DNA from: Candidatus Thorarchaeota archaeon
GTDB lineage: Archaea; Asgardarchaeota; Thorarchaeia; Thorarchaeales; Thorarchaeaceae
NCBI GenBank assembly: GCA_016933575.1
Contig: JAFGAR010000146.1
Coordinates: 50,130 to 114,129, forward strand
Direction: 5' to 3'
DNA: 64,000 bases
The notes under the pieces: model-generated
Databases searched by the model: none
What the model was told of the DNA's origin: nothing
What the model saw: only the letters and a program-made list of their open reading frames with translations
Shown here: positions 28,065 through 38,873 of the stretch, in pieces
Numbering within the stretch: the stretch's first letter is position 1
Layout of the letters: each line of letters begins with the position of its first letter
Translations under genes and position numbers: made by a program

Positions 28065-29825
28065 ATGGAAATAGATCGAGATAGACTCGGCGAACTCTAC
28101 GGAAAAGTAGGAGTTGGAAATCAGACCTCCCTAGGAATTATGGGAAGTAATCGTGACATCAGTGTGGGTGAGATCTTTATGATCTATTCTCACCGTGATA
28201 ACCATGAACGTATCTTCTTTTTCAGAGTGTTAGGTCTTGAGAATTATCTTCGCCAAGTTGATGATATGGCAAGAGTCGCTGGTACACTTATGGTGGAAGG
28301 CGATGCATATCTATCAGGAATCGAACGGAATATGCTTCTCTCAGTCAACGGACGAATGCTTGGGTATGCTGAGAAGGAAAAAGGTGTATGGACCTTCAAA
28401 TCTCCCCGAAGACTCCCCGATCACTTGGCTTCAGTGTATCGACCTGTTCCAGGAACCTCTGATGAATCTGTTCGTGAGATGTTAGCCTCCCAAACTGATG
28501 GCGATGTATATATCGGAGACCTTCAGGTCGGCGAGAAAACGCTTGATGTTCCTGTCATGATTCCCGCCAAGTTCTTGCCAATGCATGTTGGTATCTTCGG
28601 CTCAACAGGTGCTGGTAAGAGTAATCTCATGATGGTCCTCATCAAATCGTTGATTGATACGAATCTTGACACGATTCGAAACCTCAACGAAGACCGGACT
28701 AGAGTGTCAGCATTTTGTATAGATCCTCATGACGAATTTGCAAAGGGTGTTGACAAGTATGGAATTCAGAGCATTGTCGAAGACATGAGCCCTTCAACTC
28801 GTACAGAAGTCATTGGTGATTATTATTATCTAACAACCCATAAACGTGCCACAACACGTGAGATTCGCAAGTATGCTCAGGAGATTCGTATACTCTGGTC
28901 TGAAATACAACCTCGTGATCTCTATTCGATTCGAGAATTCACTCCTGAGATGGCTTCATTTATTGACTCGCAATATGCTTCTGCTCAAGAGGACTGGATC
29001 AGCTCTATTCTAAGCATGGATGATGATGTCCCAGAAGTGCAAAAGGGAACAGTTCGAGCAGTGAAACGTAGGCTCGGATTCTTGCAGAGGTCTCCAATCT
29101 TCATTGAAAATGGCACCTCAATACTCGATGAGATATACATAGCAATGGAAACCGGTAGGATCCTTGTCGTCAATACAAGTCTAATGAGTGATACGGAGCA
29201 GTTCTTACTGACAACTATCGTTACCCGAACACTCTCTGATATGAGACGAGCCTTGAAGAGCAGTGGAAATCTGGCTGACTTTGAGAATCAGGGACAGATG
29301 CGTCTTCCCAGGGGTTTCTTCTCTCGAGTGCGAAAACAGGCTCGTGCATTCTATGGTAAAGGTGGAGTTGATGATACATCAGAGGTCATCGATCCTCGAA
29401 AACTTCCGGTTATTCAGGTCACCGTGGAGGAAGCTCCATCGATTCTCAATCCAGAGCTCATGCGAGGACAATCTGTCTTCAAGGACATATCTAGGCAAGG
29501 GCGGAAGTTCAATATTGGATTGCTTGTTGTCAGTCAACAAGTCAGTGTGCTTGATAATGTCATACTAAGTCAAATGAACACCGAGATTAATCTCAGGTTA
29601 GGAAATGAACGTGAAATACGGTCATGCATTGAGAATGCAAGCGTGAATATCTCTGGTTTTGAGAATGAATTCAGGGTCATGTCTCGTGGGGAAGGTATAT
29701 TGACAGCTTCTTACCGAGAATTACCACTCCCAGTGCGAATTCCACTCTTTGATGACATATATGAGAAGGATAAGCATAGGTACAAAGATACAAAGTCAAA
29801 GAAGACTGAAGAACATATACTATGA
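28065..29825 (+). CDS. herA: HerA helicase/translocase
   Basis: HVGIFGSTGAGKS, IDPHDE, VEEAP, RQGRKF.IGL..VSQ. Confidence 0.9.
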   Translation: MEIDRDRLGELYGKVGVGNQTSLGIMGSNRDISVGEIFMIYSHRDNHERIFFFRVLGLENYLRQVDDMARVAGTLMVEGDAYLSGIERNMLLSVNGRMLGYAEKEKGVWTFKSPRRLPDHLASVYRPVPGTSDESVREMLASQTDGDVYIGDLQVGEKTLDVPVMIPAKFLPMHVGIFGSTGAGKSNLMMVLIKSLIDTNLDTIRNLNEDRTRVSAFCIDPHDEFAKGVDKYGIQSIVEDMSPSTRTEVIGDYYYLTTHKRATTREIRKYAQEIRILWSEIQPRDLYSIREFTPEMASFIDSQYASAQEDWISSILSMDDDVPEVQKGTVRAVKRRLGFLQRSPIFIENGTSILDEIYIAMETGRILVVNTSLMSDTEQFLLTTIVTRTLSDMRRALKSSGNLADFENQGQMRLPRGFFSRVRKQARAFYGKGGVDDTSEVIDPRKLPVIQVTVEEAPSILNPELMRGQSVFKDISRQGRKFNIGLLVVSQQVSVLDNVILSQMNTEINLRLGNEREIRSCIENASVNISGFENEFRVMSRGEGILTASYRELPLPVRIPLFDDIYEKDKHRYKDTKSKKTEEHIL

Positions 29826-31147
29826 GGTCATCACCTATGACTGTTCGAATTGCCCACATCTCTGATACGCATCTCGGGTCTCGCCCAAGAGATGGTGTGA
29901 GGCATAACATCTGGGGGCAGGAGATGAAAGCTCAGCTCTTAGAGAATGATTTCTATGAGCGATTCACGGAGGTATTCGAGCGTATTGCAGCTCTTGACCC
30001 ACCTGTCGATCTTGTCGTTCACTCAGGTGACCTCTATAATTCTCCTTGGGAGGGCAATCCATCGCAACCACCTGTAGTCGCTCAGATAACTGCAATTGAA
30101 GTCCTTCAGCAGTTCATTCAGAATACAGGAATTCCAGTTGTGGTCATTGAAGGAAATCATGGTCTCTTTCGATTGTACGAGGTCTCACTGCTCGATAGCC
30201 TGAGACTTTCAGTACCCGGTTTGAAAGTTGCAACACAACAAGACTTGAAAGAAGCAATCCGTGAAGGCAAACCATTGGAATTCTCGTTTGAGAAAGTGGA
30301 TGTTTTCTGTTTTCCATTCATAGACCCAGCAGTTCTCCGGTCATCAGAACTTATGAGTACCTTTGATGACTGGATCACAACACATCAAGGTCGTGATAGA
30401 CTACGACCTGCTATTGCTATTGCTCATGGTATGGACCTTGATCATACACTATACAAATCCATCTTTTCAATGAATTATGATTATATTGCTCTCGGACATG
30501 ACCATCGACAGATCCGGCATTCGCCCAAAGCCTGGTACGCAGGTTCCCCTGAGCGCTGGAGATTTGATGAAGCTCGCCATGAAAAGGGGTTCCTTGTAGT
30601 CGATATCAAGACTGGTGAAGATCCTATTGTCTCTCCTCAGAAGTTTGAATTCATTCGTCCAGTTCTAAATGATAAGATAGCAATCAGTGAGGATGATACT
30701 GCTGATTCCATTGTTGAGAAGATGGAGTCTTGGTTCGCTGAGAAAGGTCTTTCAGTGGCATGGGACCCGAAGACTGCAGCTCGAATAAGACTGGTTTTAG
30801 AAGGTCACTCAAAACGAGCAAGTTCTTTTGATGTTGGTGTTGCTCTTGAAACTCTTCGTCTGAGAGTTCTCTCTCAGGACTCGCCTTACAACATTGCACA
30901 ATTAATTTGGATTCTTCGAGAGACCGGGGATGCTGAATTTACATCTGCATCATATCCTGAGATCGAGTCTGAGTATCTCATTGAAGACCCGGAGGAGGAT
31001 TTCAAGAACTACCTTGCAACCCTCGAGATTGATAAGAGCTTTGACACTGAAATCCTCACAAAGATTGCAGTAGCTTCCCTTGAGTATGCTGTAGGAAAAC
31101 GAAGTGGAAAGATGACTGCTCAGTCACTCACGGAGGCAGAAGAATGA
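29822..31147 (+). CDS. mre11: Mre11/SbcD nuclease
   Basis: HISDTHLG, HSGDLY, EGNHG, AHG, ALGHDH, YAGSPE. Confidence 0.9.
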   Translation: MRSSPMTVRIAHISDTHLGSRPRDGVRHNIWGQEMKAQLLENDFYERFTEVFERIAALDPPVDLVVHSGDLYNSPWEGNPSQPPVVAQITAIEVLQQFIQNTGIPVVVIEGNHGLFRLYEVSLLDSLRLSVPGLKVATQQDLKEAIREGKPLEFSFEKVDVFCFPFIDPAVLRSSELMSTFDDWITTHQGRDRLRPAIAIAHGMDLDHTLYKSIFSMNYDYIALGHDHRQIRHSPKAWYAGSPERWRFDEARHEKGFLVVDIKTGEDPIVSPQKFEFIRPVLNDKIAISEDDTADSIVEKMESWFAEKGLSVAWDPKTAARIRLVLEGHSKRASSFDVGVALETLRLRVLSQDSPYNIAQLIWILRETGDAEFTSASYPEIESEYLIEDPEEDFKNYLATLEIDKSFDTEILTKIAVASLEYAVGKRSGKMTAQSLTEAEE

Positions 31148-33219
31148 AACTACTGAATCTGGAGGTTCGCAACTTCAAGCCTTTCCGAGAATTGATTCTA
31201 CCGGAGGATGAAGACGAGCTTCCTGGTGGTCTCATTCTTGTTCGAGGTCCCAACTCAACTGGAAAGTCATCACTCTTTGAAGCAATTCTTTGGGGGCTTT
31301 GGGGTGCAGATGCAGTAGGCTTGACGAATGACGAACTCATAAGTTTCAGTTCCACCTATTGTAAAGTCATTGTCACCTTCGATGTAGCAGGTGATAGATA
31401 CAAGATTGACCGCTCATACAACCCTGCTGATGGTATGTCTGTAGTATTGTTCCTAAAGAAGGGGAACGCCTGGAAACGGATTGCAGACAAGAGTAAATCT
31501 GTTTCAACCAAACTCGATGAGATATTCAGCCTCGAACTTCGTCAAGCACTGAATACCATATTAGTCAGACAAGGTGAAGTTGCAGCAATAGCTAACTCCA
31601 CACCATCCGTCCTCAGAAATCTGTTGATCGATGTCTATGATATAGAGATCTTGAATCGCATGTCGAAACATCTGGAGGACCTTGAATCAAATCTTGATTC
31701 TGAGATTGATTCTCGTGCTCGTAGCTATCGGTCACCCGAGGACATTCAAGAGGAGATTCAACGCTGTCATTCTCGTATAAACAGATACAATGAATCGATC
31801 AAACAGCGGAAAGATGAGATAACTTCCACAGAGAAACTGCTTGCAGACATCCCTGATATTCCGTCACTTCGAAAGGTGAGTGAAATCAATTCCAAAATGG
31901 AGCGCCAACAACAGGAGCTGACCCTTGTGATGAAAGAGCTCCAACGTTATCTTAGTCAGGCTGGGCTCTTGGAGGCTGATGACACACTTATTCATGCTCG
32001 TCTGGAATCGCTGGATCGGGAACGGGAGCGTGTAGAGTCTGAACGTAGCCTGATTGAAACGACAATTCAGAAGATTGACCAAGAGATAGGAATAAGCAAG
32101 GGGCGACGTACTGACTTCTCTGACAAAATCAACACATTGACTGGAAGGGAAAAGACTGAAGCAGTCTGTCCTACTTGTTCGAAACCACTCTCCGCTTCCG
32201 AACGTGATAGTCTTGTTTCTGAGTACAAGAAGGCGATAACGGATGGTGATATCCAGATCAGGGAGCTGGAAAAACAACGTGATCACCATTCAGAATCAAT
32301 AAAGAAGATAGACGGACGTCTAACAGTAATATCAAAGTCATCTGACGCAGCTGATAATGTAAAAGACACTCACACGAATGTTAGAGAGATCCAACAGAAG
32401 ATATCAACATCCGAACATGAACTTCAACAGATACTTGATTCCATGGGTGTGAAGGACTTTGATGTTTTTCTGAAGAAATTCAATGTGGATAGTATTGCTA
32501 GCCTTCAGAGTAAAGTTGAGAGTCTGACTAGCATGCTCAAAGAGGCTAAGAAAGGGACATCTGAAATCGAAGAAAACATCCTTCAAGAACAAGAACAGAT
32601 AGCTGATTTGGAGAGCAAGGAAGTACTCATGAAACAGCTAGGTGCTGAGATTGAGGAGATGAAGCAACTCAATGAACACGCAAAATATGTGCGTAGGAAA
32701 CTCGTTAGTGGGTTTGTTGCAGACTATGTATTTCAGAAGAGACTCCTTGGGATCATTAGGAGTGCCACCAATCAATATGTGCGCTTCTTCACTAATGGAC
32801 AGTATACAAGTGTGGACCTTGAACCCACGGCACCGACAAAACGGTCTGGTCCCGGCCTTCTCTTAAAGATCTGGGATGAACGCGATCAAGCCTGGAAGAA
32901 GACCTCACAGTTAAGCTATGGTGATAGGACCGCAATCAGTCTTGCACTACGACTCGGTATTAGCCGAACCATGAGTAGTATCAGACCGCTCCGAGATAGT
33001 CCAATAATGATACCACGAATGAGGAGTGTCCTACTTGATGAACCTCTTGGAGGGCTTGACAAGAGCCGTCGTGAGTCTGTCGTGACCAATCTCGTCAATG
33101 ATAAGAACTTCGAGCAAATACTACTCATCACACATACTGATGTTCAAGGTTGGGAAGATGTTCCAATCATTGAGGTCTCTAAATCAGGTGCTGGTAGCAG
33201 AGCGGTCCTTATAATGTAA
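31144..33219 (+). CDS. rad50: Rad50/SbcC ATPase
   Basis: GPNSTGKSS, RQGE, coiled coil with CPTC zinc hook, LLDEP, ITH. Confidence 0.92.
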   Translation: MKLLNLEVRNFKPFRELILPEDEDELPGGLILVRGPNSTGKSSLFEAILWGLWGADAVGLTNDELISFSSTYCKVIVTFDVAGDRYKIDRSYNPADGMSVVLFLKKGNAWKRIADKSKSVSTKLDEIFSLELRQALNTILVRQGEVAAIANSTPSVLRNLLIDVYDIEILNRMSKHLEDLESNLDSEIDSRARSYRSPEDIQEEIQRCHSRINRYNESIKQRKDEITSTEKLLADIPDIPSLRKVSEINSKMERQQQELTLVMKELQRYLSQAGLLEADDTLIHARLESLDRERERVESERSLIETTIQKIDQEIGISKGRRTDFSDKINTLTGREKTEAVCPTCSKPLSASERDSLVSEYKKAITDGDIQIRELEKQRDHHSESIKKIDGRLTVISKSSDAADNVKDTHTNVREIQQKISTSEHELQQILDSMGVKDFDVFLKKFNVDSIASLQSKVESLTSMLKEAKKGTSEIEENILQEQEQIADLESKEVLMKQLGAEIEEMKQLNEHAKYVRRKLVSGFVADYVFQKRLLGIIRSATNQYVRFFTNGQYTSVDLEPTAPTKRSGPGLLLKIWDERDQAWKKTSQLSYGDRTAISLALRLGISRTMSSIRPLRDSPIMIPRMRSVLLDEPLGGLDKSRRESVVTNLVNDKNFEQILLITHTDVQGWEDVPIIEVSKSGAGSRAVLIM

Positions 33220-33257
33220 GATACCCTCTCGTGGCAATAGCGTAAGGCTAAATATTA

Positions 33258-35624
33258 ATGAGTGGGGTTTCCTCTCGAAGACCCATGGACGTTCTTGAGG
33301 GAAGGATGCATCGCATAAGAACAAGTAGAAACCTACTTGATAGATGGTTCCTTCGGAACGGCCATCGACTTGCTGAGACTCTGAATGAGTACCGCTATCT
33401 TATTGCAGTATTGCTTATTGGATTTGTAGTCTGGGCTGTTGTCTTCAATATAGCTCTAGTCGATTATCTCAATTCAACACGATGGACATCGCGGACAGCG
33501 TGGCTTGGTCCTCTTCCTGACCCTGCATATTTTGATTTTCTTGGTTTCACAATAGAGTACCAATTCGAAGGATATAGTGATTATTCATTCTACTATGTTC
33601 ACTGGGGGTATAATCTACTTAATGGCGTAATGCCATACTCCGGGGAATTTGGTTATCTAGAAATGGATGGGTTGATTAATGAAAATGGAGCCTACATGTT
33701 TCCTCCGCTCACAGCGTATCTCTATGCATTCGGCATAGCTCTTGGAAACATCATCGGTCCCGGAAATTGGGGCATAGGTCTCTTATTCGCCATCTTCGGG
33801 TATCTAACGACTTTACCTGTCTATGGGATTGCAAAGGAGTTCTCTGGAAATCCAAGAGTTGGAGAGATTGCTGCACTGACATATGTCATAAATCCCCTAG
33901 TGCTCTACCATATCGATTACATTTGGCTTAATCCTGCGCCATTCTATTTCTTCTTCTTTGCTGGGTTTTATGCACTTCTCAAGAAGAGAAGAAATACTGC
34001 AATCATTCTGATTGTGACTGCGGCATTATTCAAGCAGACTGCTTGGTTCTTGGGAATTCCTCTTGTGGTTCATCTTATCATGCGTGCTCGTGAGAGAAAA
34101 GAGAGACCCTCCACAGAATACGAATCTGTTGTGCCTCTCGATGGCAATGATGCCAAGATGTCTTCACGAACGCTTAGTCTATCCTTCATAAAATCTCGCT
34201 TTAGACGGGTACTGAAAGATAGGGTGCCTAAGGCTAAAAAGGATGAACCAAAATTGAGTACAATTGCGTTCATCAAGGAGTTCTTTGACCTTCGAGTGTT
34301 TCTTGAGAGTGTTATTGTTGCTGTCCTCTATGTGGGAGCAATTATGCTACCGTATATCCTTGCTCAACCACATTTCTTGAGTTATTGGCAACTTGCCACG
34401 GGATACTTCAACTTTGAGAACTTTGTAGATCCAATTGCTTACAATGTTCCAGAACGGCTACCAATATTATTGATTCTTAACAACATGCCGGAATTAGCTG
34501 AATTATTGGATTTGCTCTTACTCTCCTCTGGTCCATTTTTCTTTGGAATTATTGTCTTTACAGGACTGATGATTCTCCTCGATAAATACAAAGGCGAGGA
34601 AACCCGTTATCTTCGCAGACTCCTCTTCTTCACATTTCTCCTCATGCTCTGGACGAATCTGACTGGTCCTCGTGGTGTCTTCAAGTATTATTTCACGATG
34701 TTTGCTCCATTCTTCTCGATTTTCTCTTCGTATTCTATGACACGTTATGACAGCGATCATGTACCAGTTTCAGCCTCGATGATTTGGATGCCTATTTCCT
34801 TCACTCTTCTAATTCTACTTCCAGATCGTGATTTCTATCTAGCCTATGTCATCGGTATCTTTCTATGGTACATACTTGCCCCACTATTCGCAAGACTCTA
34901 TGGCATCATTAAGAAACCATTCGGATATCTCAAAACCAGAGTTGGAACGCGAATAGATCTTGCAATGGCAACTATCACTGTGCAGGGTTTCTCTCACCCC
35001 TCGAAGATCCATCGATCTCTTGGGATTGCTATAGTCGTAGTTTCTGGAATTGCTGGCTCCTCTCTAGTTATACTGGGTGTCTTAGCAACATTCACAGTAC
35101 TAGAATTATCAATCCAAATCATTATGCAGTATCTTCTCCTGACCGGTGCAATTATTTTCATCGGTATGCAATTTCTCTCAATCGCACTAACCTATCTGCA
35201 ACCTTCAATTGACAAAATTACTGATCTGAACTATACTCTCAAAACACTGTCCTACACGCTAGCTGGACTTATCCTCATCTTTGGGGGGAGTACGTACATT
35301 CTAAGTTGGAACATTGATAGCTTCCTATCACGACAACTGATGGTCATATCAGGGGTTATCTGCATGATCTGGACATTTGCCTTAGTATTGAAGACTGAAA
35401 ATCGGACTAGGCTGTTAATCGACATCTTCCTCCTTATTGGAACTGGCACAGCCACTTGGGTGTGGTTCAATCTTGTAGATACTCTCTACTTCCCTCTTGG
35501 CATAGCCTGTATGGTTGGCATAGTCATCCATCTGATGACAGTCCTGCTTAAGGAATTCAGGCATGACGAAGAGTCTGTTCAGGATAAAAATGGAGAACTA
35601 ACAATCGAAGCTGCACTTTACTGA
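33258..35624 (+). CDS. GT-C (GT87/PIG-M-like) membrane glycosyltransferase with extra C-terminal TM domain
   Basis: EGYSDY, PY, Y.FPPL, NP, KQ, KYY motifs; many TM helices; true start may be downstream. Confidence 0.65.
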   Translation: MSGVSSRRPMDVLEGRMHRIRTSRNLLDRWFLRNGHRLAETLNEYRYLIAVLLIGFVVWAVVFNIALVDYLNSTRWTSRTAWLGPLPDPAYFDFLGFTIEYQFEGYSDYSFYYVHWGYNLLNGVMPYSGEFGYLEMDGLINENGAYMFPPLTAYLYAFGIALGNIIGPGNWGIGLLFAIFGYLTTLPVYGIAKEFSGNPRVGEIAALTYVINPLVLYHIDYIWLNPAPFYFFFFAGFYALLKKRRNTAIILIVTAALFKQTAWFLGIPLVVHLIMRARERKERPSTEYESVVPLDGNDAKMSSRTLSLSFIKSRFRRVLKDRVPKAKKDEPKLSTIAFIKEFFDLRVFLESVIVAVLYVGAIMLPYILAQPHFLSYWQLATGYFNFENFVDPIAYNVPERLPILLILNNMPELAELLDLLLLSSGPFFFGIIVFTGLMILLDKYKGEETRYLRRLLFFTFLLMLWTNLTGPRGVFKYYFTMFAPFFSIFSSYSMTRYDSDHVPVSASMIWMPISFTLLILLPDRDFYLAYVIGIFLWYILAPLFARLYGIIKKPFGYLKTRVGTRIDLAMATITVQGFSHPSKIHRSLGIAIVVVSGIAGSSLVILGVLATFTVLELSIQIIMQYLLLTGAIIFIGMQFLSIALTYLQPSIDKITDLNYTLKTLSYTLAGLILIFGGSTYILSWNIDSFLSRQLMVISGVICMIWTFALVLKTENRTRLLIDIFLLIGTGTATWVWFNLVDTLYFPLGIACMVGIVIHLMTVLLKEFRHDEESVQDKNGELTIEAALY

Positions 35625-35635
35625 GGGTCAAAACT

Positions 35636-37153
35636 ATGATTTCACATAAGAAATCGCAGGTATCTAGAATCTCAGCGGCATTACATACGAATCTCATATT
35701 GATTATCATTCTTTGTACAGCTGTTATTCTATGGGCATGGATATTCACACTGGCTTCTTCTGAGTTTCTTGAGGGTTCAACTCGGCCTCTCAGGGCTGTC
35801 TGGAGTGGTACTGGCCATTTCGAGCTCTTTGGTATGACTATCTATTATGACTTTGAAGGGTATGCTGATTATGATTATTACTACTACTCGTGGGGTGAGC
35901 AGTTCGTAAATGGTATACCACCTTATACTGACCTCTTCAATACGATAGAATTCAATACAGCCCAATACCAGACTCCATACTTCTTTCCCCCTCTCTTCGT
36001 CTACATGTGTGCCCTGGGGATGCTTCTCCCAATCAATCCATTTGGAATTGCTTTTCTACTAGCCATGTTTGGATTTCTCACTGCTTTCCCTATTTATGGA
36101 ATTAGTAGGTACTTGTCTCAAAATCCTCATGTTGCAGAGATCTCCGTTGCTACCTATCTCTTCAATCCAATCATCCTCTATCATACTGTTTACTCATGGT
36201 TGAATCCCTCACCATTTGTGTTCTTCATGATTCTCTCTTTCTATCTCCTAATGAGAGGAAATCGATTGACAGGTGTATTAGCAATGACCACTGCAGCACT
36301 ATTGAAACAGACTGCATTCTTCATGGCTCTCCCCCTGGTTGCCTTCTTACTGGTCAAACGAGTTCCTTCTGATCATAGCTCAACGCCTGATGAAGAACCA
36401 CGTCGGAAACTTGAGTTCGACCTAAGAGGATTTGCAAGATATTCTGTTTATACTGCTGTCTATGTACTAGCTATCTCCTTTCCCTATGTTCTAAATCTAG
36501 GTAATTATCTATACTATATCTTCCAACGTCCCGGTGCCTTTCTGATAGAGGACATTACCACATTGCCAGATGTTTCCCAACCCATCACTATTACAGTACT
36601 TCTGATATTACTTGGTGCTCCTGCTGTTCTTACTGAGCTTGTTAATCAAGCAACATATCTTGGAGTCTTTCTTACGATATCGATGTGCGCCATCTTTCTT
36701 CTCATGTTTTTACTGAAGCGAGAACATGACGATGTGCGCATATATTGGCGCAAGATGTTCCTTCTCTCTCTTCTCTTGATGTTTTGTGTGCATCTATTCT
36801 CTCCGCGAGGGATCTACAAATACTACTGTGTTGCTCTCATACCCTTTATCTCAGTCCTCTCTGTGTCGCGTATGTTCTCAGCAGCAGAAGAACCAGTAAG
36901 GCCAACTCTCTTCATGGTTCTTAATCCCATGGTCTTTAGTGTGTTAATCCTCTTTCCAACACGCTATGTCTACCTATTCTTTCTCATTCTCTTATTTGTA
37001 GGATATGTTCTGCATAAACAGTTTAGCCTCTTCATAGAGATGGCTAATCAATCCCTGAAACGAGTTTTCTCCTACCTACGACTAAGATCAAAGGGAATAC
37101 CTGGAACTGAATTTCATGAAGATACTGAAGAGATTCCTAATCCTCACTCTTAA
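35636..37153 (+). CDS. GT-C membrane glycosyltransferase, tandem paralog of 33258-35624
   Basis: Shares EGYADY, FPPL, WLNP, KQTA, PRG.YKYY motifs with the upstream gene. Confidence 0.65.
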   Translation: MISHKKSQVSRISAALHTNLILIIILCTAVILWAWIFTLASSEFLEGSTRPLRAVWSGTGHFELFGMTIYYDFEGYADYDYYYYSWGEQFVNGIPPYTDLFNTIEFNTAQYQTPYFFPPLFVYMCALGMLLPINPFGIAFLLAMFGFLTAFPIYGISRYLSQNPHVAEISVATYLFNPIILYHTVYSWLNPSPFVFFMILSFYLLMRGNRLTGVLAMTTAALLKQTAFFMALPLVAFLLVKRVPSDHSSTPDEEPRRKLEFDLRGFARYSVYTAVYVLAISFPYVLNLGNYLYYIFQRPGAFLIEDITTLPDVSQPITITVLLILLGAPAVLTELVNQATYLGVFLTISMCAIFLLMFLLKREHDDVRIYWRKMFLLSLLLMFCVHLFSPRGIYKYYCVALIPFISVLSVSRMFSAAEEPVRPTLFMVLNPMVFSVLILFPTRYVYLFFLILLFVGYVLHKQFSLFIEMANQSLKRVFSYLRLRSKGIPGTEFHEDTEEIPNPHS

Positions 37154-38324
37154 GAAACTCTAATTCCTTTTCCTTTTTCTCTATCTTTTTCTGAATACTC
37201 TTTATCCTTGCATCAAGCTTCTCGATCTGCTCAGTATAGGTCTCTTTTGGCATTGTTCCAGAGGAATGCCTCTGTTCAACGTGGTCTTTGAGTTGTTCAA
37301 CAGATTTGATCTCTTTCTTCAGTGACTTGACATCCGCCTCAATATCTGCGGTCTTGTTCTCATCTGCAGTCTTGAACTGCTTCGCAGGAATCATGACACC
37401 AAGCTGTTCCTGTGTTTTTTCAGCAAAGTCTTGAAACTGATCACGTAGAAGTTCAATATTGCCTTCTACATTCTCCACCTTCGTGCTTATTTTTGAGATA
37501 TCTTTCTGAAGGTCAAAGACTGCATTAACAAGCCTTCTAAGTGTCTGTTCAAACTCTGCTGATAGAGCTGCTTCCGCATGAGTCTGTGCGGCTTTCTCAG
37601 CTGCTTCTTCTTTGGCTTGTTCCTTCACTACGGAGCTTGGTTTGGTCAATTGAAACTCACCACTCAGCCATTGAAATGCATTCTGGGCGAAAGTCTTGTT
37701 GCCTTTGTGTTTTAGTCCGCCCCCTCTTCTGAAAATCTCATAACTACCTACACACATCACACGACCTTTCCCAGACTCTGCAATGGCAACAATCGGAGCT
37801 TTTGCTGGTTCTGCCATCTCAGATGTTCGTGCAAGTGTCTGTGCTTTTCCAGTGACGACAAGGCTACATGATGAAGGAATGAGAAGGTCGTTTACATCCT
37901 CTGTGATGGGATGCGCTACTAGATCCGAAATAATAGGCATCGTTGGTAGACCTGCATTATTTCTCTCATCCTTTACAGCTGTATTATCGAATGTGATTCC
38001 AAATTCCTCTGACAGCTGGGATAGGTTATTCATAAGACCTCGATCTCCTCCTGAGAGTGATAATAGGAGGAGACTACCTCCATTATTCACGTATTTCTTA
38101 AGGACATCTATCTCTGGAGGTCGAATCTTTGAACTATTAGGACAGGCTAACACAAGTACATCTGTATCCTTGAGGTTCTTGGCAAGGATCATGAATTCGG
38201 TATATGGTTCAACATCATAGTCATTATCACGCAAGATCTTTCCAAGCTCTGAATATGTGCTATCCAGCCTTCCTCGTTCATTTTGTGTTTGATCGAAGTG
38301 TATTTTCTTTCTTCGTCCGCTCAA
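37137..38324 (-). CDS. GIFT (GldG/IFT52-like) domain protein with C-terminal coiled coil
   Basis: IHFDQ..NE, DVLVL.CP, EIDVLKKYV.NGGSLLLL...GG....NNL..L.EEFGI, GKGRV..VGS; TTG start. Confidence 0.7.
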   Translation of the reverse strand: MSGRRKKIHFDQTQNERGRLDSTYSELGKILRDNDYDVEPYTEFMILAKNLKDTDVLVLACPNSSKIRPPEIDVLKKYVNNGGSLLLLSLSGGDRGLMNNLSQLSEEFGITFDNTAVKDERNNAGLPTMPIISDLVAHPITEDVNDLLIPSSCSLVVTGKAQTLARTSEMAEPAKAPIVAIAESGKGRVMCVGSYEIFRRGGGLKHKGNKTFAQNAFQWLSGEFQLTKPSSVVKEQAKEEAAEKAAQTHAEAALSAEFEQTLRRLVNAVFDLQKDISKISTKVENVEGNIELLRDQFQDFAEKTQEQLGVMIPAKQFKTADENKTADIEADVKSLKKEIKSVEQLKDHVEQRHSSGTMPKETYTEQIEKLDARIKSIQKKIEKKEKELEFLKSED

Positions 38325-38444
38325 AGGAATGCACCTACAGTAACCAGGTATTATCTCATCATGAAAGATGCGCTAATGAGACTTGTGTAGATATCACTCC
38401 CTACCTTCGAATGCTTTATCATGCACAAATACCAGTATTTCTCC

Positions 38445-38873
38445 ATGAATGATGAGAATTGTATCTTCTGTAAAATAGTAAAAGGTGAGATACCTTCCTC
38501 AGTCATCTTCAAAGATGATATCTGCATGGCCTTTATGGATGTCTATCCAATTACACCTGGGCACTGTCTGTTGATACCCAAACGCCATTTTGTGAATCTA
38601 TTCGATGTTGACCCCGAAGTATTGGCTCACATGGCAAAACGGCTTATTGATCTCACAAGAGGTGTGTCTGAGGCAACGGGAGCTGATGGAGTCCTTACAG
38701 TCAATGCAAACGGCGAAGGTGCTGGTCAAGAAGTTCCTCATCTGCATTTCCATGCAATTCCTCGAAATAAGGGTGATCCCTTTGGTTTCAAGTTTCCCCC
38801 GGGTTATCGAGAGTCCATGGCTACACGTGATGAATTGGATAAGATAGCTAAGAGGATCCATGAATCGATCTAA
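38445..38873 (+). CDS. HIT family hydrolase
   Basis: CIFCKIV.GEIP, GH.L.IPK, GQEVPHLHFH. Confidence 0.95.
   Translation: MNDENCIFCKIVKGEIPSSVIFKDDICMAFMDVYPITPGHCLLIPKRHFVNLFDVDPEVLAHMAKRLIDLTRGVSEATGADGVLTVNANGEGAGQEVPHLHFHAIPRNKGDPFGFKFPPGYRESMATRDELDKIAKRIHESI

Noticed and set aside
26754-29825. NurA/HerA as an anti-phage HerA system
   Set aside because: Operonic with Mre11 and Rad50, the standard archaeal resection module
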